A stretch of DNA of 64,000 nucleotides from the IMG/VR virus record IMGVR_UViG_3300046047_000262; one strand, given 5' to 3'. Positions 1 through 8,721 of this stretch are shown piece by piece. A program made the position numbers and the translations under genes. The stretch's first letter is position 1. The number at the start of each line of letters is the position of its first letter. The notes under the pieces are model-generated. The model had not been told where the DNA came from and did no database searches. It saw only the letters and a list, made by a program, of their open reading frames with translations. This DNA is from a virus.

Positions 1-798
1 GAATGGGAGTTCCTTCGCGAAGTTTGTCCAGGATCGGTTGGACGGGTATGCGCTTTTATAGATATCGGTTTCCGCAGCCGAATCATTGAATTGGTATACG
101 AATCCTGGGTTAGTATCGCCTTTACCATTGTTCTTGCGTTGTGAAGGCAGCTTGTATACGAGACTGGGGTTGATTCGGAGGAAGTCAACGATACGATGCC
201 GCCATTTCATCTCCTCTTCGTCAATACGATTAGGATGCCCCCAATTATCGAGTAGACCATTTGCCCATGATTCGAATGGTGGTTCCCATGGAAGGAACTT
301 CAATCGGTTGGCTACTGGTGGTGACAGTTCGTAACCATCAGCGGCGGTCTCCACAGGGTTCATAGCACCGATGATAATGGTTTCAGGTGGCATCTTCATA
401 CCATTAGGGAACTCATGCTCGTTAAGCATCTGCAACATGGATGCCTGGACTGCAGGATTGGAATTCGAGAACTCATCCAGAAACAGGATGATCTTCTTGT
501 ACTTCATGATCTCGAATTGCCATGATTGTACGGCGTATTCAGTGACGGATATGGATTCACCATTGGTTAACGGTTTGTCAACCAGTCTGGGGAACCCAGT
601 GATATCAGTCGGTTCTTTCTGACTACCGATAATGGTGATAATCTTGTAACCTTCGAAGAGCTTCAGATCAAGTAACGAATTCACCAGTGCCGATTTTCCA
701 AGACCAGGGTTACCTACTATCATCTGACTCAAGCCTGCTTTCACACCGGCTATGATGGAGTATAAGGTCTCCGTAGTATAAGCATCTTTTATCGCCAT
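1..798 (-). CDS. MoxR-like AAA+ ATPase (partial, 3' end beyond window start)
   Basis: Manually translated (absent from ORF track): MAIKDAYTT...GNPGLGKS (Walker A), IILFLDEFS (Walker B), IIGAMNP, PVANRL, YPSNRSW; GGAGG RBS upstream. Confidence 0.8.
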   Translation of the reverse strand, partial: MAIKDAYTTETLYSIIAGVKAGLSQMIVGNPGLGKSALVNSLLDLKLFEGYKIITIIGSQKEPTDITGFPRLVDKPLTNGESISVTEYAVQSWQFEIMKYKKIILFLDEFSNSNPAVQASMLQMLNEHEFPNGMKMPPETIIIGAMNPVETAADGYELSPPVANRLKFLPWEPPFESWANGLLDNWGHPNRIDEEEMKWRHRIVDFLRINPSLVYKLPSQRKNNGKGDTNPGFVYQFNDSAAETDIYKSAYPSNRSWTNFAKELPF

Positions 799-864
799 AA
801 GTCCATTACCTCCATAACACGTAATATCAATTATCAGCACGTTTCATGTCATTTACCATGGACT

Positions 865-950
865 ACCCATAATCGCTGTTTTTTACATCGTACGTAATCG
901 ACTATATACAGAATGGTACTGAAAACATGCGTTCTGTACATAGTCGATTA
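865..950. repeat. 86-bp dispersed intergenic repeat, copy 1 (contains 19-18-19 inverted repeat at 895-950)
   Basis: Aligns with 32379-32464; arms taatcgactatatacagaa / ttctgtacatagtcgatta. Confidence 0.8.
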
Positions 951-954
951 TCAG

Positions 955-1932
955 TTACAATTTATTGATCTTATCCACGAGCTTTTTACTGATGAACAAC
1001 GCCGAACCGTACAAGAGGATAACAATGATGAAAACAACCCATGACAGGAAGCTATGGAACCAGAATTGACGAGCTATAGGTTGAGAGAAGTATGTGTACA
1101 GGAACAATAACGGAAGGAATATAGTGGCTACCCATATCGTTGGCATCAGCGAAGCAACAGCCTGATCCCTCTTACGTCGTACCCTCTGCCTGTTCGCCAC
1201 GATCTCCTGTATGATCTTGATCTGATCAGATAGTTTAGAACTACCAGTATCAACGGCGATGATGACACAGATCATCAGGAACCTCAGTTCCTCGGCGGAG
1301 AATGAATTGTAATTGGAAAGAAGAACCTGTTTCGTGGATCCACCTGCATTCAACTGATTCTCAATATCGATGAACTCATTATGTAATTCAGGTGGAGTGG
1401 TCGAAATGGCCTCCAACAGAATAGTACGGTAATTAGCTGATGTCTGCAAGGATGCAAGCATTGATGACAAGAATGCGGGAATCTCATCAGAAAGCTTCTC
1501 AGTGCGTTTGTTAGCCTTGAAATCAAGAACCAACGCTAACAATGCTAACAAACCAATACTAACAATCGCCGCACCGATGATCTGGAATTTGAAGATGAAG
1601 GAGAACAGTACGAATACCACTGCGGTACTTATCAACGCCACCTTACCAGCATTATCACGTCTGACAGCAAGGATGTTCACACCTGAATCCACCAACCTCT
1701 TACCCCAGAACTCATTCCAACGCTGTGCTATCGTTACCTTCGTTGATTCCTCTACAGTGAAATCCGAAGTGAATTGGAGTTTCAGCTGCTTATCGAGAGC
1801 TATACGTGTGGAATACTGATCCCAGTAACGTTTGGCTAACACGCCGATAAGGAATACAATAGCGATAATCGATAACGGTACTGCTATCGTGAATAGCAGT
1901 AACGAATTATTCTGGAACAAGGTCTGTAACAT
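955..1932 (-). CDS. tadB: TadB-like type II secretion system F family pilus assembly protein
   Basis: N-terminal and C-terminal TM pairs; EIPAFLSSMLASLQT/LNAGGS pattern; directly downstream of tadA. Confidence 0.75.
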   Translation of the reverse strand: MLQTLFQNNSLLLFTIAVPLSIIAIVFLIGVLAKRYWDQYSTRIALDKQLKLQFTSDFTVEESTKVTIAQRWNEFWGKRLVDSGVNILAVRRDNAGKVALISTAVVFVLFSFIFKFQIIGAAIVSIGLLALLALVLDFKANKRTEKLSDEIPAFLSSMLASLQTSANYRTILLEAISTTPPELHNEFIDIENQLNAGGSTKQVLLSNYNSFSAEELRFLMICVIIAVDTGSSKLSDQIKIIQEIVANRQRVRRKRDQAVASLMPTIWVATIFLPLLFLYTYFSQPIARQFWFHSFLSWVVFIIVILLYGSALFISKKLVDKINKL

Positions 1933-1940
1933 GTAACATT

Positions 1941-1947
1941 AATATCA
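1941..1947 (-). promoter_or_regulatory. Class B motif TGATATT before tadB
   Basis: Exactly 8 nt before ATG at 1932, no Shine-Dalgarno. Confidence 0.55.
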
Positions 1948-1956
1948 TTGTTCTGG

Positions 1957-3474
1957 TTAATGTACGATCTTAGTGGATTTTCCTTCGAAGCCCTCTAATT
2001 GGACACATTGATCCCAAGTGTAATCAGGAATGAAATCCAATCGTTTGGTTCGTTGGAGCAATGGGCTAGGTTCGTTTACCTTGACCCAATCACCGAACGC
2101 ACGACCATTCTCATCCTTACGAAGTTGATACTCCCATAACGTCCGTACGGGTACGGTCATCTCGCCATCAACATTAGCTGGACGACTCCCCACTTCCGCG
2201 ATCTCCACGACACGACGAGTACCATCGGCCATCTTCTCCATGTGAACGATGATATCGAAAGCCGAAGCGATCATGCCCAACGTGTCCTTGCCTTGTATCA
2301 TCCCTGAAGTGGAGATAAGGTTAGTCAACCTGACAATGGTATCCTCGGGATTATTGGCATGAACGGTCGAGAACACCTGTGCTCCAGTGTTAGCAGAATC
2401 AACCAGATCGTATGCCGTTTTATCACGGGTCTCACCAATGACCACAATGCCAGGATTCATACGCAGGGACGCCCTGACGTGATCATGCATGGTGAACGCC
2501 CCAGTACCGTCAGAATTACCTTTCCTGGATTCTGTTCCAGGCACTTTGAACGGCTTATTAGGATTAAGCTCAAGTTCCAGCACGTCCTCTATGGTCCAGA
2601 TACGCTTGTCATTCGGGAATAACCCTGATATGGCATCAAGGAATGTGGTCTTACCCGAACCCGTGGAACCAATACATAACATGCTCATACCGGATTTGAT
2701 CCACTTGGCGATATCCATAAGAATCTGCTGATTGCAAGTACCATTATCAACCATATCGCTGATCGTCCAGTATTGTTGTGGATGTCTACGAATGTCTACA
2801 ATCGGACCACCAGGGGCAACATCAGTGGTCAATGCGGCCACACGGGAATAATCCTGTAGACGAGCATCCAAGTAAGGGTTGTTCGTATTGAATGACAGAT
2901 CCTTCCTATTAGCCTGTTGGAGGATCTTGTCAACAAGCATGTTCACATGTTCAGGATTGGCGAACCTCGCTGATGGCACTCGCGTCAATTGTCCACGAAG
3001 CGTTATGTTAACATTATCAGGACCATCGACATACACCTCTTCAACACGGGGATCAGACCATATGGGATCGATGATTCCCAGTCCCAGTATTTCGAATGTC
3101 ACCATCTGACTGATCGTGGAAGCACTGTCCTGATAGGAAACACCCTCTTGGTTCAGATACGTACTTACCAATGATTGTACCGCTGATAACGCCTTAAGAT
3201 AGATGTCATCATTATGATCAGCTCTACGAGCCTGAGCGAACATCTCCGATGAGTTATGGTTCTTAGCCTGCTTATACACCCATTCCACACAGGCAAGCAC
3301 CGTATCCCAATGCTTATAGAAGTAATCATCAGGAAGCTTCAACATGTAATCAAGCGTGATACTATCATTAGAGCCCGCTGAATCGGACTGCTTGGCGATC
3401 TCATTCTCCTCATCAGCATCAGCAAACATGCTGTAGTAATCATTATTGATATCGTTATTACTGTTTACTAACAT
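1957..3474 (-). CDS. tadA: TadA/CpaF pilus assembly ATPase
   Basis: GSTGSGKTT Walker A, TIEDVLEL Asp box, ASLRMNP..VVIGETRD, STVHAN His box. Confidence 0.93.
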   Translation of the reverse strand: MLVNSNNDINNDYYSMFADADEENEIAKQSDSAGSNDSITLDYMLKLPDDYFYKHWDTVLACVEWVYKQAKNHNSSEMFAQARRADHNDDIYLKALSAVQSLVSTYLNQEGVSYQDSASTISQMVTFEILGLGIIDPIWSDPRVEEVYVDGPDNVNITLRGQLTRVPSARFANPEHVNMLVDKILQQANRKDLSFNTNNPYLDARLQDYSRVAALTTDVAPGGPIVDIRRHPQQYWTISDMVDNGTCNQQILMDIAKWIKSGMSMLCIGSTGSGKTTFLDAISGLFPNDKRIWTIEDVLELELNPNKPFKVPGTESRKGNSDGTGAFTMHDHVRASLRMNPGIVVIGETRDKTAYDLVDSANTGAQVFSTVHANNPEDTIVRLTNLISTSGMIQGKDTLGMIASAFDIIVHMEKMADGTRRVVEIAEVGSRPANVDGEMTVPVRTLWEYQLRKDENGRAFGDWVKVNEPSPLLQRTKRLDFIPDYTWDQCVQLEGFEGKSTKIVH

Positions 3475-3482
3475 GCCTAACC

Positions 3483-3489
3483 AATATCG
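3483..3489 (-). promoter_or_regulatory. Class B motif CGATATT before tadA
   Basis: Exactly 8 nt before ATG at 3474. Confidence 0.55.
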
Positions 3490-3495
3490 CTGATG

Positions 3496-4395
3496 CTACT
3501 TAAGATTATCCAGATATGTGTAAAAAGTCGCACTATCATACAGGCTGAAATCATCGGATGAGGTCTTGTTCACGCCATTGACGTACACCGCTGGCAGAGC
3601 TTCAACGGTATTCGCATCGGACATCACCCTGGCCCATTGCACGAACGATCCATTCTTGATTGATGCCGCTGATATATTGACCTTATCATCTACCCCCGAT
3701 ATGGAATCAACGGTCTTCATGATTGATGACACCCGTTCATCAGTGGTGGTTAATGATGACGTGTCAACCAATGACAATTTCACCGCCGCCGCCCACGTAT
3801 TATCAGGATTGTTGTAATCGATCTCGGATAACGCTTCCGTGGCGAGTACTGAATACTCATCATCGGTTAACAGGAAGCAAAGATCGGTTCCCACAGTACC
3901 TTTTTTCATGGCGTATGAGAGTACTGATGACTGTTGTCCCAACCAATCACGGCTTTTGGTATCACCGAATGCGAGCACGGCCTTGACGACATTATCAGGA
4001 TCGGAATTCTTTCCTTTGAATGCGAAGCATGAGTAATCAGCATCCTTTGAATGCCTGATGTACTGCGTGGTATTGACATTCAATAATCCGACCTTAGTTG
4101 ATGATCGTTTGGTCTTGTCCCAAGTATGAGCAATTGATACAATAGTATTGTTCTTAATATCCTGGGCATTTCTATCATCACGATATGGAACCCATACTAG
4201 AAACCACGCTATTGGTGCGGCCACGGCGGCAAGGATAACCAGTATGGCAACAATCATCCTCCATGAATGCATGAAAACCGCAAGGGTTTGTTTCATACCC
4301 GACTGATCGGGTTCATGATTGGATTCCCTGACTGATCGATATGCTTTCATATCGGATAACATACGACCCAGGAGATTCTTCCTATCACCGTTCAT
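3496..4395 (-). CDS. Membrane-anchored DsbA/thioredoxin-fold protein lacking CXXC
   Basis: One TM then thioredoxin-like pattern (EYSVLATEAL, GSFVQWA, LPAVYVNG cis-Pro loop); no CXXC at expected position. Confidence 0.55.
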   Translation of the reverse strand: MNGDRKNLLGRMLSDMKAYRSVRESNHEPDQSGMKQTLAVFMHSWRMIVAILVILAAVAAPIAWFLVWVPYRDDRNAQDIKNNTIVSIAHTWDKTKRSSTKVGLLNVNTTQYIRHSKDADYSCFAFKGKNSDPDNVVKAVLAFGDTKSRDWLGQQSSVLSYAMKKGTVGTDLCFLLTDDEYSVLATEALSEIDYNNPDNTWAAAVKLSLVDTSSLTTTDERVSSIMKTVDSISGVDDKVNISAASIKNGSFVQWARVMSDANTVEALPAVYVNGVNKTSSDDFSLYDSATFYTYLDNLK

Positions 4396-4401
4396 ACGAC
4401 C

Positions 4402-5655
4402 TCATTTCTTCTCATCGAGAACCTTATCCTGACCAAGACCTATAAACCGCTTCGTCTCATCCTCGACCCGGTTCTTGATGTTATCATGCAAGGACTTGTA
4501 TACATCAGCCTCCTCCAACCAGTTCGCGTACTGTTCGGTCAGGGAAACACCTTGCTGCAGGTGACCGATGACTTCCTTCTGGTCACTGTCAATATCACTG
4601 GACTTAGGCATCGGCATACGCCATATCAATGCGTGACTCGCATTCGAGCTTATGGCACCATTATCCAACGCACGTTTCTTTTCTGATGATATGTTCAGTA
4701 TCTTCTGTCTGAGAATCGGAGCATTAGCAGGAGTAATACCATCATGTTGCGTTGATCTCAGATTATCAATGATCAGATCCGTGATATCCGATGCGGTCAG
4801 ATCCTTAGCATCAATGATAGGGAAATCGATCTGTGGTCGTTGTGGTAGTTGTTTGAAGACAGGTGTCATCGTGCCATCAGGTTGTACCGTCCATTTCGTC
4901 CAACCCCTATGCAACGGCGTATCCGCATCAGAGAACCCTCGACGTATCAATGAACCGTTATAGTATGTCTTCAAACCCGCCGTGTCAGTGGTGCCATCCT
5001 TGGAACCTACGAAACCACGTTCATGGATATGCCCGAGCAGCCTGTATGACCAATTGGGATTACCAATGATATCATCAGGAATGATGACTTCACGCGGTGA
5101 CTGCTCAGTATGCAGACGCATCTTCGTCAACGGATCAATCATAGCACCATGAGTCGTGAATATGTTGACCATACCATCAACAGGTCGTACCTTATCCCAA
5201 GTACTGGCCTGTTCCTTGTAAAGGTGATGCGATACCATATGCAACATGATATTAGGGGCGATGGTATGCGATGCGTATGATTCCCAATGAGAATAGATAC
5301 CACGCTCGGGATCATTCAGTAAAGCCGTAGCCGCCAATTCCGATTTCACATCCGATACATCATGGTTACCAGTCAGGATATAAGTCTTCAACCCAGCGTC
5401 AGCGAAACGACGTATCTCGGTCTGTGCGAACATGATCGCCCTGTTGGATGGATCGGAAAAATGGAAGACATCACCGGCAATCAGCACGGCATCAACCTCA
5501 TGATCCTTGATGATATCCGTAACCATAGCATGGAAGGCAGAATACCCATCAGCCTCACGCCAATTGATATTCTGCCTTGTCGTTTTGTCCCCCTCATGGT
5601 AACCGAGATGAAGATCCGATAAATGAGCGAGAACGAAATTGTTATGCATATCCAT
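4402..5655 (-). CDS. sbcD: SbcD/Mre11-family metallophosphoesterase nuclease
   Basis: HLSDLHLG, AGDVFH, GNHD, GHIH, YNGS motifs. Confidence 0.88.
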   Translation of the reverse strand: MDMHNNFVLAHLSDLHLGYHEGDKTTRQNINWREADGYSAFHAMVTDIIKDHEVDAVLIAGDVFHFSDPSNRAIMFAQTEIRRFADAGLKTYILTGNHDVSDVKSELAATALLNDPERGIYSHWESYASHTIAPNIMLHMVSHHLYKEQASTWDKVRPVDGMVNIFTTHGAMIDPLTKMRLHTEQSPREVIIPDDIIGNPNWSYRLLGHIHERGFVGSKDGTTDTAGLKTYYNGSLIRRGFSDADTPLHRGWTKWTVQPDGTMTPVFKQLPQRPQIDFPIIDAKDLTASDITDLIIDNLRSTQHDGITPANAPILRQKILNISSEKKRALDNGAISSNASHALIWRMPMPKSSDIDSDQKEVIGHLQQGVSLTEQYANWLEEADVYKSLHDNIKNRVEDETKRFIGLGQDKVLDEKK

Positions 5656-5665
5656 AGTTATAGCA

Positions 5666-6733
5666 TTATACCAATTTACGTAGCACTGGCCTCAATTGTA
5701 ACCATGTGGATGACAAATTGGAATCATACTCATGATCATCACGATGTGAACCATCACCGAACAACCTGCCAGACAGATCATCACCGACTGTTGAGAACGC
5801 AATATGTTCGAACGGTGAAAGATGCTCTTGTGCAAGCAGTCTCTTCCCCAGTACCGTATTGTCCCGTACCGTAGCCGTGGATCTATCCTTATATGAGATT
5901 CTAGCACACTCTGAAGCCGATGACATCAGTTGTGGCAATAATTCACCCCATGGTGTATCCAAAGCCGGTACAGCGTCAATAAACGGCATATGCAACCAAG
6001 TTTCACTAGGATGCGAATCTTCGAGAACAGCCTTCACCAGTACCGCTAATGCATGAATCTCAGGCATGGCCGCATCATCAATACGAAGATGTAGGAAGTT
6101 CGACCAGTACGTTGATGATATCAAAGCCTCATGCCACATCCATGGTTCCAACAGCCTGTTGGCATTCTGCTTATGAATGGATAACGCACCCTGCTCGGGT
6201 TCGTCGGCATTGTACACATGCTCATTATAGTAATCAACCCAATGTTCCCAGTCATCAGCAACAGCATCAACGGGGAGAAGATCGCCAAGCATAAGCCGCA
6301 GAGTCGATAGCACCGCCTCATCCCTAGTATGAAGATAGGTCGCGGTAGCCTTATCAGATGTCTCCTGTGATGCGTACTTACCGCCCATACCCTTCTGGTT
6401 CACTGTCCACAATGGTATGTATGGCTCCTCCATGATCCCGCGGATAGTGGTCTTGAAACTCCTGGCCCTTGATGACGCCGAGTTCCTACTGAATACCCTA
6501 TGCGTATTCACTTCGGGAAGTATCACCCTAGGGAATCTGCAGATCAATGTGGACATGCGGTCAGGTGATAGACTGTCAACAATGTCACCACCCTCCGGAA
6601 CGCTATCGCATACCATGATCACCTTGTAACCCTCTAATACTGGATCCGTGAACACTGCTTCCAATCGTGGTGATGACGACCACGGGAACATGACCTTACG
6701 GGTTACCACCGAGTTAAAATCTGGTTGAGTCAA
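5666..6733 (-). CDS. thyX: FAD-dependent thymidylate synthase-like protein (phage/plasmid-type ThyX)
   Basis: EVNTHRVFSRNSASSRA, ECARISY, HLSPFEH motifs; TTG start. Confidence 0.75.
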   Translation of the reverse strand: MTQPDFNSVVTRKVMFPWSSSPRLEAVFTDPVLEGYKVIMVCDSVPEGGDIVDSLSPDRMSTLICRFPRVILPEVNTHRVFSRNSASSRARSFKTTIRGIMEEPYIPLWTVNQKGMGGKYASQETSDKATATYLHTRDEAVLSTLRLMLGDLLPVDAVADDWEHWVDYYNEHVYNADEPEQGALSIHKQNANRLLEPWMWHEALISSTYWSNFLHLRIDDAAMPEIHALAVLVKAVLEDSHPSETWLHMPFIDAVPALDTPWGELLPQLMSSASECARISYKDRSTATVRDNTVLGKRLLAQEHLSPFEHIAFSTVGDDLSGRLFGDGSHRDDHEYDSNLSSTWLQLRPVLRKLV

Positions 6734-6739
6734 TTGCTA

Positions 6740-7621
6740 TCATCCTTCCTTCTTGTTGAATACATTGTTATCTGGTACATATAATGTCATATCCAGTCCG
6801 TACGTACTGGAATAGGGAATACCGTCATCGGTGGAATCCATACCATTGCGATCTATCTTCAATGGACTTCCCGCTCGACCGAATACATCACCATAAGTCA
6901 TAAAATACGTTTTACGCTTGGGTCTTACTAAAGATCCTAGTAGGATACCCGAATCGAAGACATCCAAGGATCTCTCCGTTACACCAGGATCTGTTTTCAT
7001 CTCACCCCACACATCAACCCATGCTGATGGGCAATACCCCTTCTTAGTGAGCTTACCCTCCATCATGAGTACTGATTCCGAATCAGGTGTAGTATGAAGA
7101 TCCCCGCCAAGAACGAACAATGCTGAACGATATGCAGGGTTCTTACGTTTCTTCATGTAAGCATCCTTGTCCACAATGGACGCGATGAACGTACGATGGG
7201 ACTCGAAGAAAGGTCCTGATATGCTATCCAGATTGTAAAAACATATGGGATATCCATGATAATTGATAGTATCAACAAGACAATCGGGTGCTAACTGTAC
7301 ATGTTGTATATCATCACCACCAATCAATGGTATGGCATTCGAGTCGATGAGTTTCAAGTATGGTGCGAAAACCGTTGCGTTACGATAACCGAGCTTTGAC
7401 AATGAATTCGATATGTGAACATTCCCATAATCCTGAAGCATCTTGATCACTGAAGGGTACTTATCAAGACATCCCCTGACCATAAGAACATCAGGTTGTT
7501 TGGATAATACGTCCTGAACATATGATTGAGTACGTTCAGGATATGATGGCAAATGCGGTGACAATCCTATTGTTGATACCAGGAGCTGCTCATTGTTCGA
7601 TATGTCATCAGTGGTACTCAT
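6740..7621 (-). CDS. Divergent endonuclease/exonuclease/phosphatase (EEP)-fold protein
   Basis: DVLMVRG, VLGGDLHTTPDS, WVDVW, RSLDVF resemble EEP motifs; terminal SDH absent. Confidence 0.45.
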   Translation of the reverse strand: MSTTDDISNNEQLLVSTIGLSPHLPSYPERTQSYVQDVLSKQPDVLMVRGCLDKYPSVIKMLQDYGNVHISNSLSKLGYRNATVFAPYLKLIDSNAIPLIGGDDIQHVQLAPDCLVDTINYHGYPICFYNLDSISGPFFESHRTFIASIVDKDAYMKKRKNPAYRSALFVLGGDLHTTPDSESVLMMEGKLTKKGYCPSAWVDVWGEMKTDPGVTERSLDVFDSGILLGSLVRPKRKTYFMTYGDVFGRAGSPLKIDRNGMDSTDDGIPYSSTYGLDMTLYVPDNNVFNKKEG

Positions 7622-8307
7622 TATCGTCGACCTTTCAATGAGACGAAGGTGGCGTTCTCGGCTATACCCTGGATATGCTTATAGAAGTTACGATCACCGG
7701 GAGTATTAGGTTTCGTGGTCATACACAACACGAATCCTATATTCGTATTCCGAGCTTTATCCTCAATAATCGGCCACACTTTGTCAGCATCCTTTTCATG
7801 CCGGCCAACATTGTCAATACCGATGACCTTGACCTTAGGTCCGAATAATGAACGCATGGTACTACGTTTCTCTACAAAATCAGTAAGATTACTGAAAAGT
7901 TCGGCTTCCGATATGATCTTCACCTGGCTATCAGGTTCGTCAATGATGTATGCTCCTATCAGATTAGTGATATACGCATACATTGCCCACGTCTTACCCT
8001 TCGTATTGTCTGCTGACCTGATGATCAGAGATTGTGGTATCCCTGATGCTTTGCTTTCCTTAACTGCTTCGGTAATATTGTCAGCGGATTCAGGATCAAA
8101 CCCTCGGATAGCTTTAATCGAGGCGTTCTTGTAGACTTTAGGGCACCATTGTTTCCATTTGACCAAGGCTTTCATACGATTCTTGGTTTCAATACCATTG
8201 AGGATCGCAAGCCCCTGTTCCCTCTGCTCGTTCTGGAACTTCTCATAACTGTCAAGATCATTCTTGGACGTCTTGAATATATTCTCCCCATCATAACTGA
8301 GACTCAT
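7621..8307 (-). CDS. DnaC/IstB-like ATPase (putative helicase loader)
   Basis: Degenerate Walker A DNTKGKT, IGIDNVG Walker B, CMTT; two genes downstream of dnaB. Confidence 0.6.
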   Translation of the reverse strand: MSLSYDGENIFKTSKNDLDSYEKFQNEQREQGLAILNGIETKNRMKALVKWKQWCPKVYKNASIKAIRGFDPESADNITEAVKESKASGIPQSLIIRSADNTKGKTWAMYAYITNLIGAYIIDEPDSQVKIISEAELFSNLTDFVEKRSTMRSLFGPKVKVIGIDNVGRHEKDADKVWPIIEDKARNTNIGFVLCMTTKPNTPGDRNFYKHIQGIAENATFVSLKGRR

Positions 8308-8716
8308 CGGTTACTCCTATCACATAATCATAATCATCAAGATCCATATCGTTCAGAATTCCCATTGGTAGATTATCCATATCGTATGCCCGACCCGCTT
8401 TCCCCATGACGAACCTATTGATGTCAGACATGTTCTCCAATGCGAACGCTAGGATTCTAAAATACTTCTCAACAGTCCAATTGTTCTCCATAACGAAGTA
8501 CTTGTACATGTCTTTGATCTTCCTAGCAGTAAGATCATAATCAGCACCCGCTTCAGCATAAGGTCTCATTAATTCCTCGAATATAGGAACTGATTGGAAC
8601 CGACCTATGAATGCGGACCCATCAGTAGTTGATGGTCCAACCACACCGAAAAGGCTCATCATACCCCTAGAATCCGCTCTATGTTTATAATCATCATTAT
8701 AAGGCATGGGCACCAT
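8291..8716 (-). CDS. Hypothetical protein between dnaB and loader
   Basis: 141-aa ORF tightly coupled to both neighbours. Confidence 0.6.
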   Translation of the reverse strand: MVPMPYNDDYKHRADSRGMMSLFGVVGPSTTDGSAFIGRFQSVPIFEELMRPYAEAGADYDLTARKIKDMYKYFVMENNWTVEKYFRILAFALENMSDINRFVMGKAGRAYDMDNLPMGILNDMDLDDYDYVIGVTDESQL

Positions 8717-8721
8717 CCTCC

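Noticed and set aside
895-950. The 19-bp inverted repeats as ordinary intrinsic terminators
   Set aside because: AT-rich stems, 18-nt loops, no downstream U-tract, and a shared sequence between two distant copies; reported as a repeat instead
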